Assembly (NCBI GenBank): GCA_043228905.1
Contig: JBHGNT010000021.1
Coordinates: forward strand, 12,276,001 to 12,340,000
DNA from: Azolla caroliniana
Lineage: Eukaryota > Plantae > Polypodiophyta
Direction of reading: 5' to 3'
Length of the DNA: 64,000 nt
The notes beneath the pieces were generated by a model, which saw only the letters and a program-made list of their open reading frames with translations, was not told where the DNA came from and searched no databases. Positions 36,823 through 49,351 of the stretch are shown in pieces. The stretch's first letter is position 1; each line of letters starts with the position of its first letter. Both the position numbers and the translations under genes were made by a program.

Positions 36823-39800
36823 TCTCTCTCTCTCGCTCCTCCGTTCAAGGCCCCCGTGGTCCCACCCCTTCTACACGCACGCGCGTAACAACGCGACATC
36901 TTTGGTGAACCCGATCTGAACAGGGCGGCAAAGGAGTCGAAAGATGAGAGGGTCGGAGCTAGCAGTGGCAATGGCGGTGGCCGTCGACCGGCTGGTGAGC
37001 GCTTGTGAGGGGACGGGTACCCTCGACAGAGCCATTGAATCGATCGTCGGCTCTATAGGCCGTTTCGGAGGGAAAGACGCCACAAGTTATTTGGAGGCTT
37101 ACCGGGCCGAAATGATCATGAGGGATATCCCGGTGGACAGGCGGCTGTCCGGATTCCCTCGGGTGGTGACGTCGGGCATTCACGCGGAGGTGCTCGAGGT
37201 GCTGGCCGGATGCCAAACTTGGGAGGAGTTCGAGCTACAGCTCCTCGAGAAGTACGGGTTTGACGACTCGCTTCGGCTTTCGAGGCGGAACTTCATGGCG
37301 TGGGTGGAAAGCCCCGGAAAGGGAAGGAACACGTCGGTACTCCTCCAGGAGTTCGAAAAACGGTTCACGCAGCTGTCAACGCTGGACCAGACGGTGCTCA
37401 AAACAAGTCAAGTACTACTGTTTGTCAAGTCGGTGGACGCGCTCGACAGGGAAAAGGTGGGCTCACGGCAGACTGGGCCGTCATAAAACGGGTCTACAGC
37501 CGTTTCGACAAACAGCGCGATTAGAGTGACGGAAGCTTGTCGGGGTCGGGGCCGGTCCCGGGGAGGAGGCTCGAGGAGCCGGTATCGGTGCTGGCCGATA
37601 GGAAGGAAGAGACCCGAATCTGGCCAGAGTCGGGGTCGGCATCGAACGACGTGGTCAGAGGCCCATCCGGAGGAGCGGCTCTAGAGGAGCTGACACAGAT
37701 GGTGCGCGACCTGCAAATCGCAAAGGCTCGGAGAGACAGCGGCGAACAACCTCGCGACTGGAGGCCGCTGGCTGGGCAGCGGTGCATGTGGTGTGACGCG
37801 ATTGGTCACATTCAGAAGGATTGCGTAGATTTCGCCGACGCGCTCAGGACCAACATGGTGTACCTCTGGAATGGGCGGGTGCACGCGAGCGAGATCTGGA
37901 GAGCCCTAGAACTGAATAAGGGGAGCAACGGAATGAAGAGGTTGATGGAAGAGGCCGCGGCACGGCACGTCGAAGCCGTCAACTACTCGGTGTCGGCGGG
38001 AATTCGGGTCGGGGGTGATGAGACCCGGAAGGCGAAGAACTCCGGATTCTGGCTGCTAGTGCTAGAAGGCCTCTCCGGAGTTCGGCTGAAGAAGGAAGAG
38101 GTGGACCGCGCGGAACAGTGGGTCCAGGAGGTCACCGGTTGGGACGATCCGGTATCCTCGACAGCAAAGTGGAGCTATCATTGCGGGAGGTGCTGGGAAT
38201 CACCAAGAGGGAGTTCCACGACTCTATCGTAGACTTGGTGAAGCGGAAGAGGCTCTCGACGGAGCCGGAACCGGAGAAGCCGGTGGAGTTGCGGACCACG
38301 CACCTGGAAGATGAAGCCCTGGAAGACGAGCTGGTGGGAAACCACTACACGAAGCCGCATTGGGCCAGGGCAACTATGGAAATCCCTGTAGGGATCGGCA
38401 ACGTTCTGGAACCGGTGGTGGCATTGGTTGACCATGGATCCGAAATCAACCTGATGTCCATGGATTTCTACAAGAAGGGTAAATGGCCGATCAACACCAA
38501 GCACGGCTGGAAGATACAGGCAACGACGCGCGCCACGGAAGAACTACATGGGACTTGTCCGAACGTACGGGTGAAAATCGGCGATGTCGAGATTGACCAG
38601 CACTTCTTCATGTAGGAGACGTCCTCGCATCCGGTTATACTAGGAGAGCCATATATCACAGCGGCACAGATGGAGACCAAGGTGTTGGACAACGGTTCAA
38701 CCTATGCAAGAGTCAAGAGCCAGGACGGGCGTCACTCGGTCCAGTTGCTAACGGTGCGACCAAACCACGAGCGTAACCGCGAGGCCCTCGACGGCGAAAC
38801 CCGAGGGGATTTTTAGAGAGGGCTATCAAGGCATGGGGCCGAGATAGTCCGGACAAATGTACAGTACGGAAGAAGACTTGTACCATAGGTAGGAAATTTT
38901 GGTTCTCTGACAACGGAGGTTGTACTATAACCGGCGTCAGCGGTCGGGAGAGGAAGCGAGCGAAGGAGCGGCTCAGGGGATGCGGAGTCCTCTTCCCCGA
39001 CGAAGACATCAGCGGCGCCGTGGAGGTGGTCTCTTTTGATGACACCTTGGGCGAATTGTGAAAGGTGATCGGTGAAGATCTTAGAGAAGACCGGACCGTT
39101 CCGGTAGGGTCAATGGGAATGTACGAAGTCATCGCGGACTTCGGGGAAAGGATCGGGTCGGATCGGATGGCCCGCGTGGATACAAAGTACAAGATTGTGG
39201 ACCGGAAGGTGAGGCCAATCGCGGCACCCTTGCCGGAGGGCAGCGAGGAGCGGATAAAAGGGGTTGCGTCGGACCCAAGTTTACGGAATCCGGCTGGCAC
39301 AGGGCATCGGTTCACCGACATAATGCTACGGGAGCTCAAGGTCGGTGGGGGCGCCTTTCTACTGCCGGCGGAGGAGGACCGGTTTCGGAGAATGCTCGGG
39401 AGGCATGGGAAGGCTTTCGCATTCTCACTGGAGGAGATCAGGTGCGTAGACCCGACAGTTGTCGAACCGATGGTGATCTTCATGGTACCGCATGTACCGT
39501 GGAATCTCAAGCTGATTCCGGTGCCGAGAGCTCACATCCCGAAGTTGATGGAGCTCCTGAAGCAAAAGGTGGAGATGGGCATCCTCGAACCGTCGAGTGC
39601 CCTGTATTCGAATCGGTGGTTTACGGTGCCGAAGAAGAACGGCACACTGCGCTTCATTCAAGACCTGCAACCGGTCAACAAGGTGACCATCTGTAATGCA
39701 GGAATCAGACTGACCATAGATGAGTTCGCGGAGGCCTTCGCTGGAAGGTCGATCTATTCTATCAGTGATCTGTACTTGGGGTACGATCAGATCCAACTAG

Positions 39801-42800
39801 CCGTGGAGAGCAGAGACATTACAACGATGTGGACTCCTCTCGTCCTAGTGCGGATGTGTACCCTGCCACAAGGAGGGAGGAACTCAGTGGCTCACATGGT
39901 GACCGCGATGAACAAAGTGCTCAGGGATTGTATCGCGGACATCACCATGCCATTCTTAGACGACATCCCGATCAGGGGATGCCCGGTGGAGAAAAAGGAC
40001 GAGGCAATCGGGCCGGACGGATGTCGAAATTTCGTGGCGTCCCACATCGATGACTGCGAGAAGGTGCTGCAGAGACTAGAAGGCGCGAGGCTCACCTTCT
40101 CCAGGGAAAAGTCGTCCTTCAGGCAATCAGAGATCATGGTCGTCGGGCACCTATGCGGACCATACGGTCGGAAACCGTCTCCGGCCAAGGTGGAAGCCAT
40201 CTCTGCGATGAAGCATGACTGCAAGTCGGTCACGGAGGTCCGCAGATTCTTGGGAGCATGCGCGTTGTCGAGGTATTCCTCGCGGATGCGTGGAATGAGG
40301 CGGGACCTCGGGGGTCCTGTACCGAAGAGCAAGAGAGAAAGGAGAAGAGACCCACTGCGTGCGAGCGTAGATTCACAGGGACACGGCCCTTCGACACAAA
40401 GACGCGAGTGGGACAGCGACACAGAGAGACACGAATGTATGTATGTATTAACAAAGACAAACAATCAAAACACGAAGTCAGTTACAACCGAACAGGCCGG
40501 CGAACAGATGCCGATGCCTGTTCGCAAACGCGCAGAAAGGAAGGAGAGGTTTAGAGGTGCTGCCGGAAGCACTCGGGCATTCCTCAGAGCAGCGCGAGCC
40601 TCACGAAACCTGCACAGAAAGAAGCTATGGAGTTTGCGAGCCAGAGAGAGAGAGAAGCCTTTGCCCACAAACCGACAGCACTTCGTCCTCGACTCTCCGC
40701 GATCCCTTCCTCTTCCTCGTCTCCCTCCTTTTATAGGCAAGAAGAGAGTCGTTTCCTATTAACTTCCTACCTACCGAATCTACCTACCTCGGATCTTCCA
40801 TGTCCCTAATTCTCTCTTATGTACAACGTAAGGCGTACGTGCATGAAGAGCCGGTTCCTATGCTCCGGCGCACCGATTCCGCTTGTGGACGGTTTTCTTC
40901 ACTACATCCACCCCCACCTAACCGCGCATCCACCGGCATGCGCCAAATTGAGTTGGGACGGAGAAAACCGGTCCAGCCTTCATTCCCCGCCCGTCGGTTC
41001 TTCCTCGGTTTCGGATCGTTCGTCGTCCTGATCTAGGTTAACCGGATCCGGCTCGTCGTCGTGACGCTTCTTGAACGCTTTGATCCGTTTCCCAGCTACC
41101 GGTATCGCCATTCTCGTGCCATCGAGTTCCGCCAAATGGTACGTCCCGTTGTCGTTGGCGCTTTGTACCACGTAAGGCCCGAACCACCTTCTTGCGAACT
41201 TCCGTGTCGCTCGGTGCTGGTTGTCGAGGCTGCTGTCGTAGACTAGCACCTAGTCGCCTTCCTCGATCTTCTTCGGTCGGAGCCGGTGCGTCCGGTCGAA
41301 CCGGGCTTTGTTCCTTGTCCTTGCCACCCGAAGCTTTTCCGCAGCCTGCTCCACGTCCTCCGGTCTTCGCTCGAGCTGCCGTATGCGCGCCGTCAACAGT
41401 TCCTCCCGGCTCATCTCGTCTCTCCAGTCCACGGTTGCCCATGAGGAGATCGTACGTTCCATCGGCATGATCAGCTTTTGCCCAAACATGAGCTCTGCCG
41501 GCATGAATCCGGTTACCGAACTGTGCGTAGTTCGGTCCGCCCACAACGCGTAAGGCAACAGCCGCGGCCAGTTCCCGACTTGACCTCCGCATGCCCGAAC
41601 TAACGCCTTGACGATCGGTCTGTGTCCACGCTCCACCTTCCCATTCGCCTCCGGATTGTATGCAGTGGTGAGCGAGAGCTTGACTCCTAGCCGGTCGAAC
41701 AACTCCTCGGCCTCTTCGGCGTCCAACTCCCCGCGATCAGCCACGATCTTCCCGACGCACCCGTACTGACATATCACGTCCTCGATCAGGAACCGACATA
41801 CGACCGCGGTCGTTTTGTTCTTAAGGGCTCGGCCTTCCACCTGATTCGTCAGATCTTCCCGAGCCAGAAACAGATACCGCATCTGTCCTACGCCCATCGG
41901 CATCGTCACCAGATCTACCATCCATTTGAAGTGGATGGTCGGAGGGTACGTAGGGTGAAGCTCGTCCCGATGCCGGACCATGGAGTGCATCTTACAGCTC
42001 TCGCAAGTTGTCACGAACCGATGCACGTCCCGGTACAGTCCCGGCCACCAGTACTTCCCCTTTATCTTCTCGAACGTGGCCCACGTTCCACGGTGTCCAG
42101 CCCAAGGGCTGTCGTGGTAGGCCGTCAACAGCTCCTCCTGTTCTTCCTTCATCGCCAGCACCCGGAGCGGGACGCCGTTCCTCTTCTTCGGGTGCTTCCA
42201 TAAGTATCCGTCCCAGGGAAAGAATCGGTAAGCTTTCTTCCGGATCCGGTTGGCCTTGTCCTTCATCCATGACGCATCCGGCGTCATTGTCCTCAAAAAT
42301 CCACCGATCCGGAGCCACTCGTTGTCATACTTGCTCTCGTCGAAGTCGTGAAGTGCCGGAGTGCTGCTGCCTCTTCCATCAGTCTCTTCATTCCTCCTCG
42401 TCAGTCATTTCGGTTTAGGGCCCTTCTGGTGTCGCCGGCGTGCACCCGGCCTTCCCATAGGTACACCACCCGGTTCCTCAACGCTTCTGCGAAATCGCCG
42501 CAGTCCTTCCGGATGTGGCCGACCTCGTCGCACCACATGCACCTGTTCCCTGCTGCCGGCCGTCGGTCACGAGCCGGTTCGCCGCCTTCCCTTCGAGTCT
42601 GGGCGATCTGGAGATCCTTTATCGCCCGCATCAACTCCTCCAGCGCTGCTCCTCCGGACGAGCCACTGACCATGTCGGTCGAAGCCGGACCGGTTCCGAG
42701 CCATTCCCGGGTTTCTTCCCTTCGCCCTTGCGGTGCCGGTTCAAGCCTCCTTGTTGTGACAAAGCCCGCACCGGCCGCGCCGTTATCAGCCCATTCTCGC

Positions 42801-45800
42801 CGTTTGTCGAAACGGCCACAGACTCTCTTAACCGCAGCCCAGTCGGTCGTCAGCCCGTCTTCGGTTTCCAGCAAGGAGCCGACTTGATCCCGGTCCCGCT
42901 CGTCCACCGACTTGACGAATAGTAGGACCCGGCTCGTATCCAGAACGGTTCGGTCAAGCGCCGAAAGGCGCGCAAAGCATTCCTCGAACTCCCGGAGGAG
43001 TGCCGACGCGTTTCTCCCCTTGCCGGGGGACTCCACCCACTCCATGAATTCCCGTTTCGAAAGCCGGAGCGCATCGTCCAGCCGTATTTTTCTAGGAGTC
43101 GACCTTCGAACTCCTCCCAGGTACGGCTCTCTGCCCGCACCTCGAGCACCTCCGCATGGATGCTCGGCATCGCCACTCGAGGGAACCCGGCAAGACGCCT
43201 CTCTTCTGGAATGTCCCGCATCAGCATTTCTGCCCTGTAGGATGCCAAATACTTCGTGGCATCCCTTCCGTTGAACCGGCCGATCGTACCGACGACCGCC
43301 TCAATGGCTCTGTCGAGGGCGCCGGAGCCCTCGCGTGCGCTCAATATCCGATCCACGGCCAAAGCCATTGCCTCCGCAAGATCCGACCCTTTCATCTTCT
43401 GCTCTTCTGTCGCCTCCTTCACGTCGGGTTCACCAAGATGTCGAGGTATTCCTCGCGGATGCGTGGAATGAGGCGGGACCTCGGGGGTCCTGTACCGAAG
43501 AGCAAGAGAGAAAGGAGAAGAGACCCACTGCGTGCGAGCGTAGATTCACAGGGACACGGCCCTTCGACACAAAGACGCGAGTGGGACAGCGACACAGAGA
43601 GACACGAATGTATGTATGTATTAACAAAGACAATCAATCAAAACACAAAGTCAGTTACAACCGAACAGGCCGGCGAACAGATGCCGATGCCTGTTCGCAA
43701 ACGCGCAGAAAGGAAGGAGAGGTTTAGAGGTGTTGCCGGAAGCACTCGGGCATTCCTCAGAGCAGCGCGAGCCTAATGAAACCTGCACAGAAAGAAGCTA
43801 TGGAGTTTGCGAGCCAGAGAGAGAGAGAAGCCTTCGCCCACAAACCGACAGCACTTCGTCCTCGACTCTCCGCGATCCCTTCCTCTTCCTCGTCTCCCTC
43901 CTTTTATAGGCAAGAAGAGAGCCGTTTCCTATTAACTTCCTACCTACCGAATCTACCTACCTCGGATCTTCCATGTCCCTAATTCTCTCTTATGTACAAC
44001 GTAAGGCGTACGTGCATGAAGAGCCGGTTCCTATGCTCCGGTGCACCGATTCCGCTTGTGGACGGTTTTCTTCACGACAGCGTTCTACCACATCTGGATC
44101 CCGCACTACGCACATGTCGCGGAACCCCTCTACGGACTATTGAAAAAGGGGCGTAGCTTTGAGTGGAGAACGGAGCACACAAAGACTAAAGGAGGCGCTT
44201 ACGGTAGCACCGGCTCTCCGTAAAGCGGTTTACGGCAAGGATGTTCCCATCTGCGTGACGGTGGACACCAGCCCGACCGGGATCGGGTGGGTATTCAGTC
44301 AGGAGGAAAAGGACGGCGTACGATTCTCGATCCGGTTCGGGGCGAAGGTATTAAGCAAGCGGTAGCGAGGATACGCCCAAGTTAAGCGCGAGCTTTGGGG
44401 TGTCGTTTCGGCAGTCAAGGCCGACAAGGATTATCTGATCGGGACGGAGGTGATCATCGAGACGGACTGCCTGTCCATACTCGGCATGGTTTCTGGATGC
44501 GCGACGCCGTACCTAGCAATGCTCCGGTGGATAGCGTACATTAAGTCCATGAACCCGGAGATACGGCACATCTCCGGAAAGGACAACACCATGGCCGACA
44601 TGCTTTCGAGAGCAAGTTTCAACGACAAAGACGGCATGGTTTCGGATGACGAAGAAGTCGGCGAGGACTTCTTCGGGTCGGCTAACGTAACGACGAGGAA
44701 AAGCGACACTCCGGCGCTTAACGAATTTGACGAAAGCAAGTACGACGGGGAGTGGCTCCAAATCGGGAGGTTCCTACGGACGATGACGCCGGATGCAGCA
44801 TGGGCGAGAGAGGAGGCGAACCGGGTACGAAAGAAGGCGTATCGATTCTTCCTGCGGGACGGGTGCATATGGAGGCACCCAAAGAAGAGGAGCGGCATCC
44901 CACTCCGAGTAGTGGCAAAGAAAGAAGAACAGGGGAAATTACTGGCGGCATTTCACGAGAGCCCCTGGGCCGGACACCGCAGAACGTGGGCCACGTTCAA
45001 GAAGCTGAAGGAGAAGTACTGGTGGTCGGGGTTGTACCAGGACGTGCATCGGTTCATAATGACTTGCGAAAGCTGTCAGATGCACTCCGTAGTCCGACAC
45101 CGGGACGAGCTACACCCGACCTACCCGCCTACAATCCATTTCAAGTGGATGGTAGACTTGGTGACGATGCCGATGGGGGTAGGACAGATGCGATACCTGG
45201 TGCTTGCACGGGAAGACTTAACGAACTAGGTGGAAGGTCGTGCACTGCAAAGCAAGACAACGACGACGGTATGCCGGTTCCTGATCGAAGAAGTAGTGTG
45301 TCGGTACGGGTGCATCGGGAGGATCGTGGCGGACCGGGGAGAGTTGGATGCGTGGGAGGCTGAGGATCTGTTCGACCGGCTAGGCGTCAAACTCTCCCTC
45401 ACTACGGCGTACAATCCGGAGGCGAACGGAAAGGTGGAACATGGGCACGAGCCGATCGTAAAGGTGTTGGTGCGTGCATGCGGAGGGTAGGTCGGGAATT
45501 GGCCGCGACTCCTTCCTTACGCACTGTGGGCGGACCAAACTACGCACAGTTCGGTGATAGGGTTTATGCCGGCAGAGCTAATGTACGGACAGAAGCCGAT
45601 CATGCCGGTGGAACGGACGGTTTCTTCATGGGCGGCGGTAGATTGGAAGGACGAAATGAGCTGGGAGGAGTTGCTGGCGGCGCGGATTCGGCAACTTGAG
45701 CGGAGGCCGGAGGATGTGATACAGGCAAAGCAAAAGCTGTGAGCGGCAAGGGAGCGGAACAAGACCTGGTTCAACCGGACGCACCGGTTGCGACCAAAGA

Positions 45801-46757
45801 AGATCAAGGAAGGCGATTGGGTCTTGGTATACGACATCAGCCTCGACAATCATCACAAGGCGGTGCAAAAGTTCGCTAGGAGATGGTTTGGGCCCTACAC
45901 GGTGATGAGCGCGAACGACAATGGCACGTAGCACCTCGCGTAACTCGACGGTACACGGTTAGCGGTGCCGGTGGCCGGGAAGCAGATCAAAGAGTTCAAG
46001 AAGCGGTTCAAAGACGAGCCGGAGCCGGCGAGCGAGAGTAACGACGACGATCAGTTCGGGTCCGGTGGAGAATCGGAGAACGACGAGTGAAGCCGATTTT
46101 CTTCGGTGTCTACCCGTCTCTGGCGCATGCCGGTGGATGCGTGGTTTGGTGGGGGTGGATGTCGTGAAGAAAACCAGCCATAGGCGGAATCGAAGAAAAA
46201 GGCTCATGAACCGGCTCTTACACGGGTGGACGCGAGGATTGATATATTGTACATAATTCGTAATTAAGGCGACTGGTGTAAATACTAGTGGTGCACATTT
46301 ATTAGGGGATTTTGCGCGTATCTTTGTTGACAGGGGCAAGGAATAAAGCAGTTTGTCTAAGGAAAAGGGGTAACCCCCTTTTGGGGAACTATTTTAAGGA
46401 GAGAGAGGAGGAAGGAACGGGGGATATAGCGCGCTAGGGAGGACGAAGTGCTGCTGCAGATCTGGGTGCCAAGCTCTCTCTTCTCCTCCGGTCGTCGGTC
46501 TCTGTGGGTCGGAAGATCACTGCCTCTGCTTCGTGGACAGCCCGTGCGCTTCCAGCAGAGGCTCTTCCCCCCTTTTTGTTTTGTTTCTGGGAGTCGAGCG
46601 AGTGCTGTCTGTGTGTGTGAGTAGGATCCCCGTGTCAGGTCCATCGTCGCCTTGTTGGTTGTAACCGTCAGAGTTGTATTCTCTTGTCGTTGTAAACTCT
46701 TATTATTGAAATCGAGTGTTACGTTCTATATCTCTCCTTCTCGCTTCGCGTATCTAC

Positions 46758-46801
<44 letters not shown>

Positions 46802-46862
46802 CCTGGGCTCAAGACCCCCGTGGTCCAGCCCCTTCTACACGCACGCGCGTAACAACGCAACA
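36560..46862 (+). mobile_element. GC-rich gypsy element E (degenerate), interrupted by A2
   Basis: Truncated 5' LTR 36560-36898, PBS 36903, gag-PR 36944-38816, RT to 40265, RH/IN 44084-46090, PPT, 3' LTR 46160-46862. Confidence 0.92.
40266..44079 (-). mobile_element. Internally deleted family-A element A2 (gag 5' part plus integrase; no PR/RT/RH)
   Basis: LTRs 43439-44079 and 40266-40906, 4-bp TSD GCGT, tRNA-Trp PBS, deletion junction near 42360. Confidence 0.94.
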
Positions 46863-49351
46863 ACGCGGACTACGGCGGACTCTTCGTGATGAGGCATAGA
46901 GCGAACTCTATGATGGCCTCCGATCCTGCAAACTCCGCAAGCACCTCTAACTCCAAACACGTGCGGTTCGTAGACTCCGGCGCCTCACACCACATGACGT
47001 CGCACCAAGAGTGGTTTCGCGACTTGCAAACGCCGGATCGACCCGGCTACATAGAGACCGGAGGCGACACTTTGCATCCCATTCGGCACATCGGCGATTT
47101 CCCATTCGGGAAAGAAGGCGAGCAAACCTGCATCAAGAATGTCTTGCACATGCCCACAATAACAAAGAATTTGGTCTCGGTCGGTCAAATCGTGGAGCAA
47201 GGCATGCAAGTCTGCTTCAACAATGAAGGTTGCTTCATCGAGAAAGACGGCTGACTCATAGCCAAGGGACGGAGAGACAGTCGCTTGTTCATCCTTGACT
47301 CGAACGAGGTAAAATCGGCCATGTACGCCAAAGGTCTCAAGGCCGAGACAAACATCGAGTTGTGGCACAAGTGAATCGGCCACGTAAACCTCCAACGGCT
47401 TCGCGGAATGCAATCAAAGGGAGTCATAATTGGACTTCTGGCCTTCGAATCGAAACGAGTTGACCGAGTGTGCGAAGCATGCCAACTCGGCAAACAACAT
47501 TGACTCCCATTCCCGAAGGAGAGCTCTGCAAGCAAAGGCCTCCTTGACATAATCCACTCGGATTTATGGGGACCGGCTCAAACGCCGACGCTCGGTGGAT
47601 GTCGCTACTACGTCACCTTCATCGATGACCACTCGCGCTACGTGTGGATATACCCGATGAAGAAGAAGTGCGAAGTGCTCTCCCACTTTCAAAGGCTCAA
47701 AAGCCAAGTGGAGAAAGAAATCGGTCGGCACATTCGATGCCTACGATCGGACGGAGGAAAGGAGTACTTCTCCGACGAGTTCACCTCCTACCTCCAAGGT
47801 GAAGGCATTCGTAGAGAATTCTCATGCCGACACACTCCCCAACAAAACTGAGTAGCCGAGAGAAAGAATCGGCAAATACTCGAGGTAGCACGCACCATGA
47901 TGCATGAGAAGCACATGCCGAACTTCTATTGGGCGGAAGCGGCATCCACGGCCGTCAATCTCATGAACCGGTGCACCACCAATGGAGTCCAAGAGCTTAC
48001 TCCATACGAGATCTTCGTTGGAAGGAAGCCCATCCTCTCGCACCTCAAGGTGTTCGGAAGCATTGCGAATGTACACATCCCGAACAAAAGTCGAGAGAAG
48101 CCCGACGCGAAGTCGAAAGAATGTATCCTCATAGGATACTTGTCCGCGAAAAAGGCGTACAAGTGCGGTGCGGATAAGTCGCGACGTCGTTTTCGATGAA
48201 TCGGCATCTTGGTATAAGCCTGATGCGACTCCATCCAACCCGATCGAGGAAGAGTTGAACGCCAACTCAAACGACGAAACTCGGCCAAGTCCTCCACCGA
48301 AGGACAATCCAAGCTCTACCGAGCTAATTGGCCCACAAGAGCCTCCCCGCGATGAAAACACGTCGTGGCCAAGTCCGACATCGGAAAAAGCCAAAGGTAA
48401 GATGCCCGAATACGAAGTCGAGGTCCACCCCGACAACCGTGATTCAGATGATTTGGCTCGCTCACTAGACAGTGAGTTCGGTGTACCCATCATGAGGACA
48501 CCCAGAGTAAAGAAGGCGCTCACATCGACAAACGAGAAACTCCGCCGCTCATCACGAGCGAAGACCCAAGTCACTCGTTACACCTACAACGAGTATATGG
48601 CCCATCACTATGCCCTCGCGATGAAGGTAGTGGCCGAACAAGAGCCCGAGGATCCAAGCCTTCGTCACAGGCTTGAGGGGGAGAATAAGCCGCGCAACAA
48701 AGCCGCGGAGAGCCATGCAACGAGGCCACGATGATGCGGAGAGCAGTGCAACGAGGCCGCGAAGACGCGGAGAGCTGCGCAACGAAGCCGCGAAGATGCG
48801 AAGAAAGCCGCGCAACGCTACGAAGAAAGCCGCAAGCCGCACCGATGCCAACGAAGCCGAAGGAAGCTAAACCAGACATTGGACGCCTCACACTTGAGCT
48901 TGAGGGGGCATGTTAAGATATCAAGCTCAACTAGTTTAATCTAGTTAGTCAACACATGTAACTTAGTAGTTACCTAGATCGAATCTAGTTAATGTGTTGA
49001 CCTTAAGCCTTTAAATAGGACCTTGTACTTAAGTGGGATATTCTAGATCCTCCATTCCTTAGTACATTTAATGTAGGACTTAACACATAAGTACTTATGT
49101 TCTACCCACACATGTGCACCTTTGCACATGGGTTGTATATATACCTCATTGTGGGTATTTTTGTACATTGATGACATTTTCAATATAGTCAATCATCCCC
49201 CATTTATCTTCGTGCTCATAAGTGTAACTTCCTCTCTCTCTCTCTTCCTCTCACACACTCTCACGCGCATATCATACTAATCTTCTGCTGCTTAACATAA
49301 CCATATAATTAATCTCTAATTAACCCTAGTTAATTACCTAATTACTTAACA
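46863..49351 (+). mobile_element. Ty1/copia remnant (PR, GAG-pre-integrase, IN; RT/RH deleted) with 3' LTR 48911-49351
   Basis: FVDSGASHHMT, LRSDGGKEY, TPQQN, ISRDVVFDE; PPT TTGAGGGGGCA; LTR TGTTAAG...CTTAACA. Confidence 0.9.
48690..48870 (+). repeat. Degenerate ~30-bp GC-rich tandem repeats in the copia 3' UTR
   Basis: Recurring GCAACGA(G/A)GCCGCGAAGA(C/T)GCG units. Confidence 0.6.

Noticed and set aside
39065-40762. 565-aa ORF suggesting RT fused to a novel C-terminal domain
   Set aside because: After FLGACA it reads into the antisense LTR of A2; an insertion artefact
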